Assembly (NCBI GenBank): GCA_965224085.1
Contig: CBDCYI010000011.1
Coordinates: 1,024,001-1,088,000 of the forward strand
Length of the DNA: 64,000 nt
Direction: 5' to 3'
Source of the DNA: Candidatus Marinacidobacterales bacterium
GTDB lineage: Bacteria > Acidobacteriota > Vicinamibacteria > Marinacidobacterales > SMYC01
Shown: positions 49,194 to 58,245 of the stretch, in pieces
Layout: each line of letters begins with the position of its first letter
How positions within the stretch are numbered: the stretch's first letter is position 1
The notes under the pieces: generated by a model
The model's database searches: none
Told to the model about the DNA's origin: nothing
What the model saw: only the letters and a program-made list of their open reading frames with translations
Position numbers and translations under genes: made by a program

Positions 49194-50553
49194 GGTTCTG
49201 TTACATAATAATATTTACAAATACGAGTTCGGTAAGAATTAATACCCTCAATCAAGCACGTCGGGGATGGAGAGTGTAATTCCAGTTGCCGTAGAAGGGG
49301 TGGATTTTGAGTCGAAGCTCCTGCATTTCTTCGTTACTGACCTTCTGGCCTGTCTCGTAGGAGTTCTTGTCCAGCATGGCCTTTACCTTCAAGCCGGTTC
49401 GGGTCTTGGTGTTGCCGATAAGATTGACGACCGCCTCGTAGCTCACGAGAGGCCGTCCTTTCCAGTTCATGCTGACAAAGGAGAATAGTCGATGTTCGAT
49501 TTTGTTCCATTTACTGGTTCCCGGTGGATAGTGGCATACGGTGATGGGAATCTTCAGTTGGTCCGATAGCTTTTGGAGGTGGAGCTTCCAGCCTCGCAGC
49601 CGGTTTCCGTTGCTTCCACCGGCGTCCGCGCAAACAAGCAGACGTTTCGCCATCGGATAAGACTTTTTTCCGAGTATGCGCCACCATCTCCGGATGCTTT
49701 CTACCGCGAATTCCGCAGTCTCGTGAGTAATGCCGACGTTGACCAGCGCTTCGTCGCGGGACACATCGTAAGTCCCATAGGGAATTGCTTTGCCCTCAGC
49801 CATACTGGGGAAGTCGTGTACAAGAACCGGCTCACCTCCGCCCTTCTTCTTCCTCCACGTTTTACCCCTGTTTTCAAAGGCTCCTATCAATTCCTTCTTC
49901 TTGGTATCGACGCTCACGACCGGATCCTTGCTTCGCATGAACTTGCTTACTTGCTTGTTGATGTAACGAAACTGTTTGTCCCGATCCGGGTGCTGATCCC
50001 CTTCCAGTCTCTTCACGTTAGCTTGCAGCGAGTAACCCATTTCTCCTAGGCGTCGAGCAACTGTCACGTGCGAGACATCGTGACCTTTGCGTTCAAGCTC
50101 CTCCGCCATCGCTCTCGTGGACTTGTTCGTCCATTTGAGATGCTTCATCGGGTCGCCGGCGGTTCTTTCGTCGAGGATCTTCTTCAGCTGCCGCTCGATT
50201 CTCGGGTCTAACTCCTCGACCCGCTTTCTCCCCCCGCCAGGCTTGCGCACTCGGGCGCTGTCGTCATCAACTATCGGCGCTTTCGCTTTGAGTTCCGCCA
50301 CGCCCTTCATGATGGTCGGCCGCGACATCCCCGTAAGTCGTGACAGCCGACTGACCCCGCCGCGTCCTTCTTCAAGCGCCCGTTGAGCCACAAAAACACG
50401 CGCTTGCGCTTCGTTCAACGTCCCCAGCACCCTCAACCAGTGACGCTCAGACTCTGGTACCTTTCGATCTGTTGCCATCCTCGTATAGTCTCGCAACCAG
50501 CAGAGGATAGCAGCAATGACAGTGTATTGTAAATATTAATATGTAACATGCCC
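49194..50553 (-). mobile_element. ISAzo13-family insertion sequence (1360 bp), 3-bp TAA direct repeat
   Basis: 27-bp imperfect IRs ggttctgttacataataatatttacaa / gggcatgttacatattaatatttacaa; TAA at 49191-49193 and 50554-50556. Confidence 0.9.
49252..50478 (-). CDS. ISAzo13-family transposase
   Basis: GDP...LKWT.KS, GYSLQ.N.K..EG, SVDTKKKE, ADAGGSN, PPGTSKWNKIEHRLFS. Confidence 0.95.
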   Translation of the reverse strand: MATDRKVPESERHWLRVLGTLNEAQARVFVAQRALEEGRGGVSRLSRLTGMSRPTIMKGVAELKAKAPIVDDDSARVRKPGGGRKRVEELDPRIERQLKKILDERTAGDPMKHLKWTNKSTRAMAEELERKGHDVSHVTVARRLGEMGYSLQANVKRLEGDQHPDRDKQFRYINKQVSKFMRSKDPVVSVDTKKKELIGAFENRGKTWRKKKGGGEPVLVHDFPSMAEGKAIPYGTYDVSRDEALVNVGITHETAEFAVESIRRWWRILGKKSYPMAKRLLVCADAGGSNGNRLRGWKLHLQKLSDQLKIPITVCHYPPGTSKWNKIEHRLFSFVSMNWKGRPLVSYEAVVNLIGNTKTRTGLKVKAMLDKNSYETGQKVSNEEMQELRLKIHPFYGNWNYTLHPRRA

Positions 50554-50833
50554 TAAGTAGGCCGGGATGTTCGAGACCGGAAGCACTTCGGGCTTCAGAC
50601 GGATGCCCAACGCTTCGGCCATGAACGTGCGGCGCTTTTGAATCCGGTCCCAAGCTTCCGGATAACTCTGTGCGAAGCCGTTCCGGAGTGGCGCGCCCGC
50701 GAGTGCTAAGCCGTCCTCGATATTCGTCGTGAAGTATGCAGCTCCCGTGGCTGGGATCACGTCGACTTGAAAGGCCATTCCTGAGCGGAGTGCTATCGTC
50801 GAGCCGTCAAAGATCGGCGAGTTGACCCATTCA

Positions 50834-51028
50834 TCAGATGCCGGCGACGGGGTCGTCGCTTTGGGGCGGCATCATGTTGTAGTCGTTGTAGCCGCCCATA
50901 TCGCACGGGGAATGTTTCCATCCCACGACCTCGGCGTAGAAGTCGCGAATGACGTCGGCGTTCTCGACGGTGAGATCTTTCCAAACGATGGTGCCTGCCG
51001 GTTGGTCTTGACTCCATAGCTTCCTCAC
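50834..51028 (-). pseudogene. 5' half of a VOC/glyoxalase-family gene, fused by deletion to the M24 remnant
   Basis: GTIVW.DLTV.NA..IRDFY..VVGW....DMG.Y.DY.M......VAGI then stop. Confidence 0.7.
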
Positions 51029-51553
51029 GATTCAAATCTTTTCTTGGCTCGTTGGCTCAACTTGGGGAACAAAGTGTCGACGGTCTCCGTGTTCCACGGT
51101 TCGCCTTCGGGCTCGACAAGAGTTTCGGGTGTCTCGAGCGGATCGGGAATCGGCACCGTTCTTCCCGGTCTTTTGCTCGAGGGTATATATGGGTAGATAC
51201 AGGAATTCTTCGAACTCGGCAAACCATTCCGAGTCCAGAGGAACGAGGTCGGTCAGTGTTTCGGGGTTGTGGAGCGCGCCTTCATAAACGCTGCGGCCGC
51301 GGGAGACGAGCCATCCACGAAAGTACTCGAATCCGTCCTCGGAGGCGCTGCGGTTGATAATGTACGCCGCAGCCCAGAGATCCCAGCGAAAGGCGCTTCG
51401 CACGATGTCGTCGAGCCGATCGCGAAAGCCTTCGATCGCGTTCGGCGGCAGCTCCATGAGCGAGTTCTCGAGCCCTCTCAGAAACGCCTCGTCGTCGTCA
51501 TAGGCGTCGGCGCGCGCCTCGTCGACGATCTTCCAGAACGTTTCTTCGGTCAT
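51025..51553 (-). pseudogene. DUF4240-family protein with frameshift near the 3' end
   Basis: M.EE.FWKIV, DLWAAAY.IN...SEDGF.YFRGWL..RG; tail GEPW......LFPKL in another frame. Confidence 0.75.
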
Positions 51554-51566
51554 TTTACTGCTTAGG

Positions 51567-51638
51567 GCTCTCTCTCTCCTCGTTCGCTCGCCCGGCCTTT
51601 CGTCGGCGCACTCGCGCCGGGGGAGCGAAGCGAGCAGC
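51567..51638. repeat. REP-like GC-rich palindromic repeat, copy B
   Basis: ctcgttcgctc...cccggc...gccggg...gagcgaagcgag stem-loop; similar to 49050-49119. Confidence 0.65.
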
Positions 51639-51643
51639 ACGTG

Positions 51644-52647
51644 CTAAACATCCAGCTTGAACACCTTCTTCGCGTTCTCGGCGTAGATCTTGTTTCGATC
51701 GTCGTCGCTCAGAAAATCGATACCGTCGATGAGCGGCTTGATGTTATCGAGCCAACCACCTGTCTCGGGGTCTTTCGAGCTCCCGATACCCGGCTTCTCC
51801 GTCCCAAAGAGGCACCGATCCGGGCCCACGACTTTGAAGAGAAGCTCGAGCGATTCCTTGCTGTAGAGGCAGGTATCGAAGTAGAGCTTTCTCAGATACT
51901 CGTCGAACGCCGGCTTCTTGCGCCGAATCCACATCGAACGGTAGCGGCCTTTCTGATACGCGATGGCGCCGCCCCCGTGGGAGATGATGAGCTTCAAGTC
52001 GGGAAACTCTTCGAAGACATTCGAGCTCAATAGCGACACGATCGCGATGTTCTCCTCGTTCAGAAAATGGAGCGAATAGGGCTCGCGCATCGACCGGCAT
52101 CCCGCGAGTGTACGAGCGCGGGGACGTCGAGCTCGACGAGCTTTTAGTAGAGCGGATACCAGTACTCCTCCCCGAGTCCGGGTGGGGGAGGGCCTTCGCC
52201 CTCAGTCGGGTCGGGGTTGAGCAAGCAGCCGACGAAACCGTGTTCTTTCACGCAGCGTTCGAGCTCATCGAGCGAGCTCTTCGGAGCAACCCCGATATTT
52301 TGCGGTAAGCCGCACACGCCTCGGAACGTTTCGGGATAGAGCTCGCACTCCCTGGCGATGATGTTGTTCGTTTCTTCGATGAACCAGCGGACGAACTTTT
52401 CGGGCTTCTCGCTATGCATCATCGTATAGGGGCGCGGGGAGATGAGTTGCATGTCGGTCCCCACTTCTTGGAGCTGCTCGAGGTGCGAGCCTCCGCCGAA
52501 TACCGGCGACTCGAGTGTCTGTTTCAGAAGTGCGTCCGACACTTTGACAGCGCCTCGGCCATGAGCGCCACGGTGGGCGAGGATTCCGGCCTTGTAGGCA
52601 TAGAGCTCTTGTGGCGCGGTCACATGCGCATGGATATCGATGATCAT
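51644..52647 (-). pseudogene. Amidohydrolase_2, 4-oxalomesaconate hydratase (LigJ)-like; nonsense codon plus frameshift
   Basis: MIIDIHAH, QLISPRP, LNPDP, YWYPLY*KLVELDVPALVH then frameshift into SLHF..EE, SHGGGA, YFDT, FGTE.PG. Confidence 0.85.
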
Positions 52648-52754
52648 TCGAGGCTTCTCCTTGTGGGGCGCGAAGCATAACCCATTGCAAAAGCGCACGG
52701 CCAGTCATTAAGATTAAGATGGCGCCGGGGACGCACGGGGGGCAGTCCCGAGAA

Positions 52755-53774
52755 ATGCAGAAACTCGATATCTTCAACCACATTTTCCCGAAACCGTTCT
52801 ACGAGCTGATGATGAAGATTGCGCCGGGTCACGAGGATATGGGCAAAAGGGTCCGCGGCGTTCCGATGCTCTGCGACCTCGATGAGCGGTTTCGCGTCAT
52901 GGATCGCTTCGAGGACTATCAACAGATCCTCTGTCTCTCGTCGCCTCCGATCGAAGCGCTCGGCGAACCCGAGGTCGCTCGGGAGCTCGCCAAGGCGGCG
53001 AATGACGGTATGGCGGAGCTCGTCGGCAAATACCCGGATCGGTTTCCGGGATTCGTTGCCTCGCTCCCGATGAATGCGCCTTATGCCTTGCTCGAGGAAG
53101 CCCGCCGCGTGGTGGATGAGCTCGGCGCGCGCGGTGTTCAGGTATACACGAACGTGAACGGAAAGCCTCTCGATGCTCCGGAGAGCCTTCCTCTCTTCGA
53201 CTTGATGGCGGGCTACGATCGGCCGATTTGGATCCACCCAGCCAGACGAGCGAGCCACGCGGACTACCCGACCGAGAAAAAATCAAAATACGAGATTTGG
53301 TGGACGTTCGGCTGGCCGTACGAGACGAGCGCCGCGATGGCGCATATCGTGTTCGCGGGCCTCTTCGACAAACACCCAAACCTCAAGATCATCACCCATC
53401 ACATGGGCGGGATGGTGCCTTACTTCGAAGGACGGGTGGGCCCGGGCTGGGACCAGCTCGGAAGCCGCACTTCCGACGAAGACCTGACGGCTCTTCTCGA
53501 AAAGCTCGAGAAGCGGCCGCTCGACTACTTCAAGATGTTCTATGCCGACACCGCGACCTTCGGCGCCCGGGCGGCGACGGAATGCGGGTTGAGCTTCTTC
53601 GGTCCGGAGCACGTTTTGTTCGCTTCGGACTCACCGTTCGACCCGGAGAAAGGCCCGATGTACATCCGGGAAACGATCAAGATCGTCGATGGTCTCGATA
53701 TTTCCGACCACGTTCGGGCCGATATCTACCGCAACAACGCGCTGAAGTTGCTGCGGCTCAACGGCGCTGACTGA
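52755..53774 (+). CDS. Amidohydrolase_2 (ACMSD/aromatic acid decarboxylase-like)
   Basis: DIFNH, IWIHP, GWPYET, ITHHMGG, YADTA, LFASDSPF. Confidence 0.9.
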   Translation: MQKLDIFNHIFPKPFYELMMKIAPGHEDMGKRVRGVPMLCDLDERFRVMDRFEDYQQILCLSSPPIEALGEPEVARELAKAANDGMAELVGKYPDRFPGFVASLPMNAPYALLEEARRVVDELGARGVQVYTNVNGKPLDAPESLPLFDLMAGYDRPIWIHPARRASHADYPTEKKSKYEIWWTFGWPYETSAAMAHIVFAGLFDKHPNLKIITHHMGGMVPYFEGRVGPGWDQLGSRTSDEDLTALLEKLEKRPLDYFKMFYADTATFGARAATECGLSFFGPEHVLFASDSPFDPEKGPMYIRETIKIVDGLDISDHVRADIYRNNALKLLRLNGAD

Positions 53775-53784
53775 CGACTTCTAT

Positions 53785-54678
53785 CTAATTCGAGGAGGCC
53801 GCCGCGATAGCCGGCTTCAAAACCTCGCGGGCAAATTGGACGAGGCCGGTTGGAGTCGTTGTCTCGGGCGTTCTCGGCTGCTCGGGGGCGATGCGCCCCT
53901 CTTTCATCGCGAGCAACATTTCCATATAGAGGTCGACGACGAAATCAGGAAGGCCGGCTTGCGCCAGGGCTTCACGCGATTGCTCGATCGAGACTTCGAC
54001 ATATTCCACAGGCTTGTCGATGCCTTTGGCGATGAGACTCGCGGACGCGACCCCGGTCAGGTCTCTCGGCCCGCGCAGTTCATGTACCTTCTGCCCCGTC
54101 CAATCGGCGCCGAGCAGATACGTCGCCGCAACATCGGCGATGTCGCAGGTCGCGATCGTTGACATCGCTGCGTTTCGCGGAAGCGGCGAGTAGATGGTGC
54201 CCGCGCTCGCGATCGTGGGAACGTCGGCAAGGTGATTCTCCATGAACGATCCGGGTCGCAAGTGCACCACGTTGGGAGCGGCTTCGCTCAAAAAGCTCTC
54301 GACCTCTCCCAGAAAAGCAATCGGCCCGGTCTTCGGCCCGGCGTGAGCGCCGATGCTGGACACGTTGACGACGTGCTCGACGCGTGCGTCATGAAGCGCA
54401 GTGGCGGCTTTCGACGCGGTGTCGCGTACCCACGTTTGGTAGTCCGGACGATAGGCGGGCGGCGTGAGCCAGAAGACGGCTTCTGCTCCTTCGAAAGCTC
54501 GTGTCAACAGCTCTTCGTCGTCGCACGAGCCGACGATCAAGCTCGCACCCCGGGCCGTGAGGTCGCTTACTGTGTCAGGATTGCGAGTGATGATATCGAC
54601 AGCCATCTCCGAATCGAGTAAGCGCGTTACGACCCGGCGCCCGATATGGCTGTTGGGTGTATTGATCACGATCGTCAT
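53785..54678 (-). CDS. NmrA-like NAD(P)H-binding protein
   Basis: Degenerate Rossmann start (NTPNSHIG), AFEGAEAVF, LRPGSFMEN, DIADVAA. Confidence 0.85.
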   Translation of the reverse strand: MTIVINTPNSHIGRRVVTRLLDSEMAVDIITRNPDTVSDLTARGASLIVGSCDDEELLTRAFEGAEAVFWLTPPAYRPDYQTWVRDTASKAATALHDARVEHVVNVSSIGAHAGPKTGPIAFLGEVESFLSEAAPNVVHLRPGSFMENHLADVPTIASAGTIYSPLPRNAAMSTIATCDIADVAATYLLGADWTGQKVHELRGPRDLTGVASASLIAKGIDKPVEYVEVSIEQSREALAQAGLPDFVVDLYMEMLLAMKEGRIAPEQPRTPETTTPTGLVQFAREVLKPAIAAASSN

Positions 54679-56072
54679 GGCAGCTCCTGCCTTTCGTAGA
54701 TTTCGGTCGATGGGTAAAAAGCGTACCACCCGAACCAGAACGCGTCATGGCCGGCAATGCGCTCGAGCACGGACCCATCTTCGGACTCGAGACGGTCCTC
54801 GTGGACCATCCACCGGATTCCCGGCGGCTCTTCGGAGAGCTCGCTATCGCTCACGAGAATGAACTGCCGGGCCTTGGTTTTATAGGCGCGCACCGCGCCG
54901 GACTGCGCGTTGGTCAAAAGCACGATGTCCACGCCCCCTAAGGTGTCATGCGTGATGCGCTCTTCCTGCAGTAGATCCACCGGATAGGCTTTCGGCCGCC
55001 CGCCCAAAACCAGTGTGAAGACCCGTTGCTTGGTCGCGAGCGCCTCGCTCCGAAGCCATACCGGGAACATCGTCTTATCGGAGGCAAAATAACCCTCGTA
55101 CGGGCTCACTTCGTAGTCGCGCGCAAAGCCCGTGTTCTTGCGGTCGAGGACGAGTGTCTCCGGGTGGCGTTTCTTCCACTCACCCCACGTGCTGACGACG
55201 AGCGGTGCGAGCTCGAGCTTGATCCCCGATTCCGCGAGACGGCCGGCGACGGGCTCTCCCGTCAAGTTGTTCCACAAGCTGTTCGTCGGCCGGTCATACA
55301 TGAGCTTGTTGGAGCGATAGAGGAGCCCGGACGAGCCGAACGTGAACGGTTTCTTGCCCTCGCGAGAAGGGTGTGCGCCGCGGTAGAGCACCCCCGAGCC
55401 GCAAAGCGTGCAGTAGGAGAGCGAGACCGGCTCGCCGCCGATCACGTCGTTACACATCTCGTGCGGATCCATGATGATGTGCGGATAGGCTTTCGCGACC
55501 CCGTTCAAAAAGACGCCGAAGACGCGGTCGTCCTCGTCGAGATAGTCTTGTTCTCCGGCGGCGATGAACCCCGGTTGGTCGAGTGCGGGGATGCCGTCTT
55601 TCACAACGCCGCCCCACTCGATCTCTTCGGGCCGGATCCGAAACCTGAAGCGCGGGTTCAAATAGCCCCGAAACGCGGGGTCATAGTTCTCGAAAACCCA
55701 GCGCTTGAACGCGAGGTAGCCGCTTTTAGGCGCGATTTCCTCGTGACGCCCAATCCACTCGACCCAGCCGTCGCGCGGATTGTCACCGATTTCTTCGCCG
55801 GTGATCGACTCTATCAGCGTCGAAAGCTCGAGCGCAGCCCCTGGATTTCGGGTGACGATATAGAGGTATAAAACGTCGTTGATGCCGGCGATGAGCGATA
55901 GGTCACCGCTTTGCTGAACGGCGGCTATCGCTGTCGCGCGCACGTCCTTGTCGGATGTAAGAAGTCCCTTGACGTCGTCCCAGCCGACCTCGGTTTGGCC
56001 GAGGGAAACCACGGCAGCCATGAGCCAAACGCCCGCAAGCCCCATTTTCACATCCCGGAGAGTGTCCAACAT
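54675..56072 (-). CDS. DUF3179-family protein
   Basis: GGV.KDGIPAL, AYP..I...HE..ND, SYCTLCGSG, FGSSGLLY.SN.LMYDR.T.SLW, FWFGW. Confidence 0.9.
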   Translation of the reverse strand: MLDTLRDVKMGLAGVWLMAAVVSLGQTEVGWDDVKGLLTSDKDVRATAIAAVQQSGDLSLIAGINDVLYLYIVTRNPGAALELSTLIESITGEEIGDNPRDGWVEWIGRHEEIAPKSGYLAFKRWVFENYDPAFRGYLNPRFRFRIRPEEIEWGGVVKDGIPALDQPGFIAAGEQDYLDEDDRVFGVFLNGVAKAYPHIIMDPHEMCNDVIGGEPVSLSYCTLCGSGVLYRGAHPSREGKKPFTFGSSGLLYRSNKLMYDRPTNSLWNNLTGEPVAGRLAESGIKLELAPLVVSTWGEWKKRHPETLVLDRKNTGFARDYEVSPYEGYFASDKTMFPVWLRSEALATKQRVFTLVLGGRPKAYPVDLLQEERITHDTLGGVDIVLLTNAQSGAVRAYKTKARQFILVSDSELSEEPPGIRWMVHEDRLESEDGSVLERIAGHDAFWFGWYAFYPSTEIYERQELP

Positions 56073-56127
56073 ACCACGAAAGTAGGGCGCTTCTGCTAGG
56101 ATCGGCGCTCGAAACGGGAGGCTAGGA

Positions 56128-57762
56128 ATGGATACAAGGGTGTGGGCTGGCTTACTCTTTCTTCTCGCCGTCGTCCCGACGGGATGTGTGCCGCCGAGCG
56201 AAGATGAGGAGACCCAAACGGTCGGTTTCAGCGGGGAAAACCTCATGACGCATATCGAAACACTCTCCTCCGATGCGTTCGGCGGCCGGGCGCCCGGCTC
56301 TGACGGGGAAGAAAAGACGGTAGCCTATCTGCGCGACCGTTTTAACGTCCACGGCCTCGCGCCAGGCAACCCTGACGGGACGTTCGTTCAAAACGTCCCG
56401 CTCGTCGGGATCACCTCCGAAAGCCGTGTATCGCTGGTGCGGGACGGCGGGGAGGATGAGCTCACGGGGGGCGTCGGCTATGTGGCGTGGACGAAACGTG
56501 TCGTCGAAGAAGTCTCTCTCGATGAGGAGCTCGTCTTCGTAGGCTATGGCGCCGTCGCTCCTGAATATGACTGGGATGACTACAAAGATGTGGACGTCCG
56601 CGGCAAGGTGCTCGTCATGCTCGTCAACGATACACCTGTCGAAGGTATTTTCGGCGACGAAGCGATGACGTATTACGGACGCTGGACGTACAAGTACGAG
56701 ATCGCTGCCGAGAAGGGCGCCGCCGGCGCGTTCGTCGTGCACGAGACCGTACCCGCCGGTTATCCGTGGGAAGTTGTCGCGGGAAGCTGGACGGGCGAGC
56801 AGTTCGATCTCGAGACCGAAGACAAGAACGTGCGCCGCGTCGCCGTCGAAGGCTGGTTCTCTCTGGAAGTGGCGGAATCGCTTTTCGAGAAAGCCGGTTT
56901 GGACTTCGACGCTCAGAAGCAAGCCGCCGCGGACCGCGCGTTTCGTCCCGTGGCGCTCGGCGCTCGGGTGAAGGCGACGATCGAGAACACGATGCGCAAC
57001 GTCGACTCAGCCAACGTCGTTGCGCGGCTCGAAGGCAGCGAGGTCCCCGACGAAATCGTCCTGTACGTCGCGCATTGGGACCATCTCGGAACGATCGAGT
57101 CCATGGAAGGCGACAACATCTTCAATGGCGCCTACGACAATGCGACCGGCGTCGCGGGCCTTTTGGAGCTCGCGCGCGTTCTCGGCGAGCTCGACCCTGC
57201 GCCCAGGCGAAGTGTCGTCTTCGTTGCGGTGACCGCGGAAGAGCAAGGCCTGCTCGGCTCACGCTACTACGCGGAGCAGCCGCTCTATCCCGCTGAAAAA
57301 ACGGTGGCGGCCATCAACATGGACGGGCTCAACATCTGGGGCCGGACGAGCGACATCACCGTCGTGGGGCTCGGTCAATCCGAGCTCGACGATCTCGCTC
57401 GTGAGGTCGCGACCGGGCAGGGCCGCATCGTGCGTCCGGATCCCGAGCCCGAGAAAGGCTTCTACTACCGATCGGATCATTTCGAGCTTGCGAAAGTCGG
57501 CATCCCGTCTTTCTACGCCGATGTCGGCATCAGCTTCGAAGGTAAACCCGAGGGCTGGGGGGAAGAACAACGCGCCATCTACACAGCCGAGGACTATCAC
57601 AAACCGTCCGACGAGATTAAGGACTGGTACGCGTTGTCCGGCATGATTCAAGACCTCGAGCTCTTTTTCGAGATGGGCAAAAGGCTTGCGGGGGGCGACG
57701 GCTGGCCTGAGTGGAGCGATACGAGCGAGTTTCGCGCGCGCCGCGAAGCGTCGAGAGAGTAG
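56128..57762 (+). CDS. M28-family peptidase lipoprotein with PA domain
   Basis: PTGC lipobox; LSSD.F.GR.PG, YYGRWTYK, AHWDH, NGA.DNA.G, TAEE.GL, NMD, RSDH, YH.P.D. Confidence 0.92.
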   Translation: MDTRVWAGLLFLLAVVPTGCVPPSEDEETQTVGFSGENLMTHIETLSSDAFGGRAPGSDGEEKTVAYLRDRFNVHGLAPGNPDGTFVQNVPLVGITSESRVSLVRDGGEDELTGGVGYVAWTKRVVEEVSLDEELVFVGYGAVAPEYDWDDYKDVDVRGKVLVMLVNDTPVEGIFGDEAMTYYGRWTYKYEIAAEKGAAGAFVVHETVPAGYPWEVVAGSWTGEQFDLETEDKNVRRVAVEGWFSLEVAESLFEKAGLDFDAQKQAAADRAFRPVALGARVKATIENTMRNVDSANVVARLEGSEVPDEIVLYVAHWDHLGTIESMEGDNIFNGAYDNATGVAGLLELARVLGELDPAPRRSVVFVAVTAEEQGLLGSRYYAEQPLYPAEKTVAAINMDGLNIWGRTSDITVVGLGQSELDDLAREVATGQGRIVRPDPEPEKGFYYRSDHFELAKVGIPSFYADVGISFEGKPEGWGEEQRAIYTAEDYHKPSDEIKDWYALSGMIQDLELFFEMGKRLAGGDGWPEWSDTSEFRARREASRE

Positions 57763-57789
57763 ACCGATGTAGTGGCGGTGTTGTGCGCT

Positions 57790-58241
57790 ATGACGCCTGA
57801 CGACTATCTTCACGCGGAGGAACGAGGCCAAATCCCGATCGTGAAGCCGCCTTACGGCCGCATTACTGCCATCGACATGAATCGCGGCGAGCACGTGTGG
57901 ATGGCGGCCAACGGCGACGGGCCGCGCAATCATCCGCTGCTCGAAGGACTCGACGCACCCGCGCTCGGGATTGCGGGCCGCGCCGCGCCGCTCGTGACGA
58001 AAACGCTTCTCTTCATTGGAGAGGGCAGCGACTAGATCCCAGGTATTCGAGGCCGTGAGGGGCGCTGGGGTAAGAACTTTCGTGCCTATGACACGCTGAC
58101 GGGCGAGGTCCTTTGGAAGTTCGAGCTCGACGCTGGAACTACCGGCGCCCCCATCACCTATCTGTTCGAGGGCACGCAATATATTCTGGTTGCAATTGTA
58201 GGGAAGGACCACCTGCCGAGTGGGTGGCTCTCAGCTTGTAG
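57790..58241 (+). pseudogene. C-terminal remnant of a PQQ-dependent (glucose dehydrogenase-like) gene with internal stop
   Basis: KPPYGRITAIDMN.G...W, PLVTKTLLF.GEG.D*, FRAYD..TG..LW, GAPITY...G.QY. Confidence 0.8.
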
Positions 58242-58245
58242 AGCC

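Larger units (their letters stand above)
49146..50833 (-). pseudogene. 3' remnant of an M24/Xaa-Pro aminopeptidase-like gene, split by ISAzo13
   Basis: DEWVNSPIF...MAFQVDVIP...NIEDG...SNIPAYL|APFLLIPNRVMTAH* once IS and one TAA are removed. Confidence 0.65.

Noticed and set aside
52680-52710. Sigma54-like TGGC...TTGCA on minus strand
   Set aside because: GG to GC spacing is 12 rather than 10
54675-56072. Selenoprotein or stop read-through in DUF3179 or in broken genes
   Set aside because: CxxC is encoded by Cys codons; internal stops elsewhere are mixed TAA/TAG/TGA and come with frameshifts or deletions
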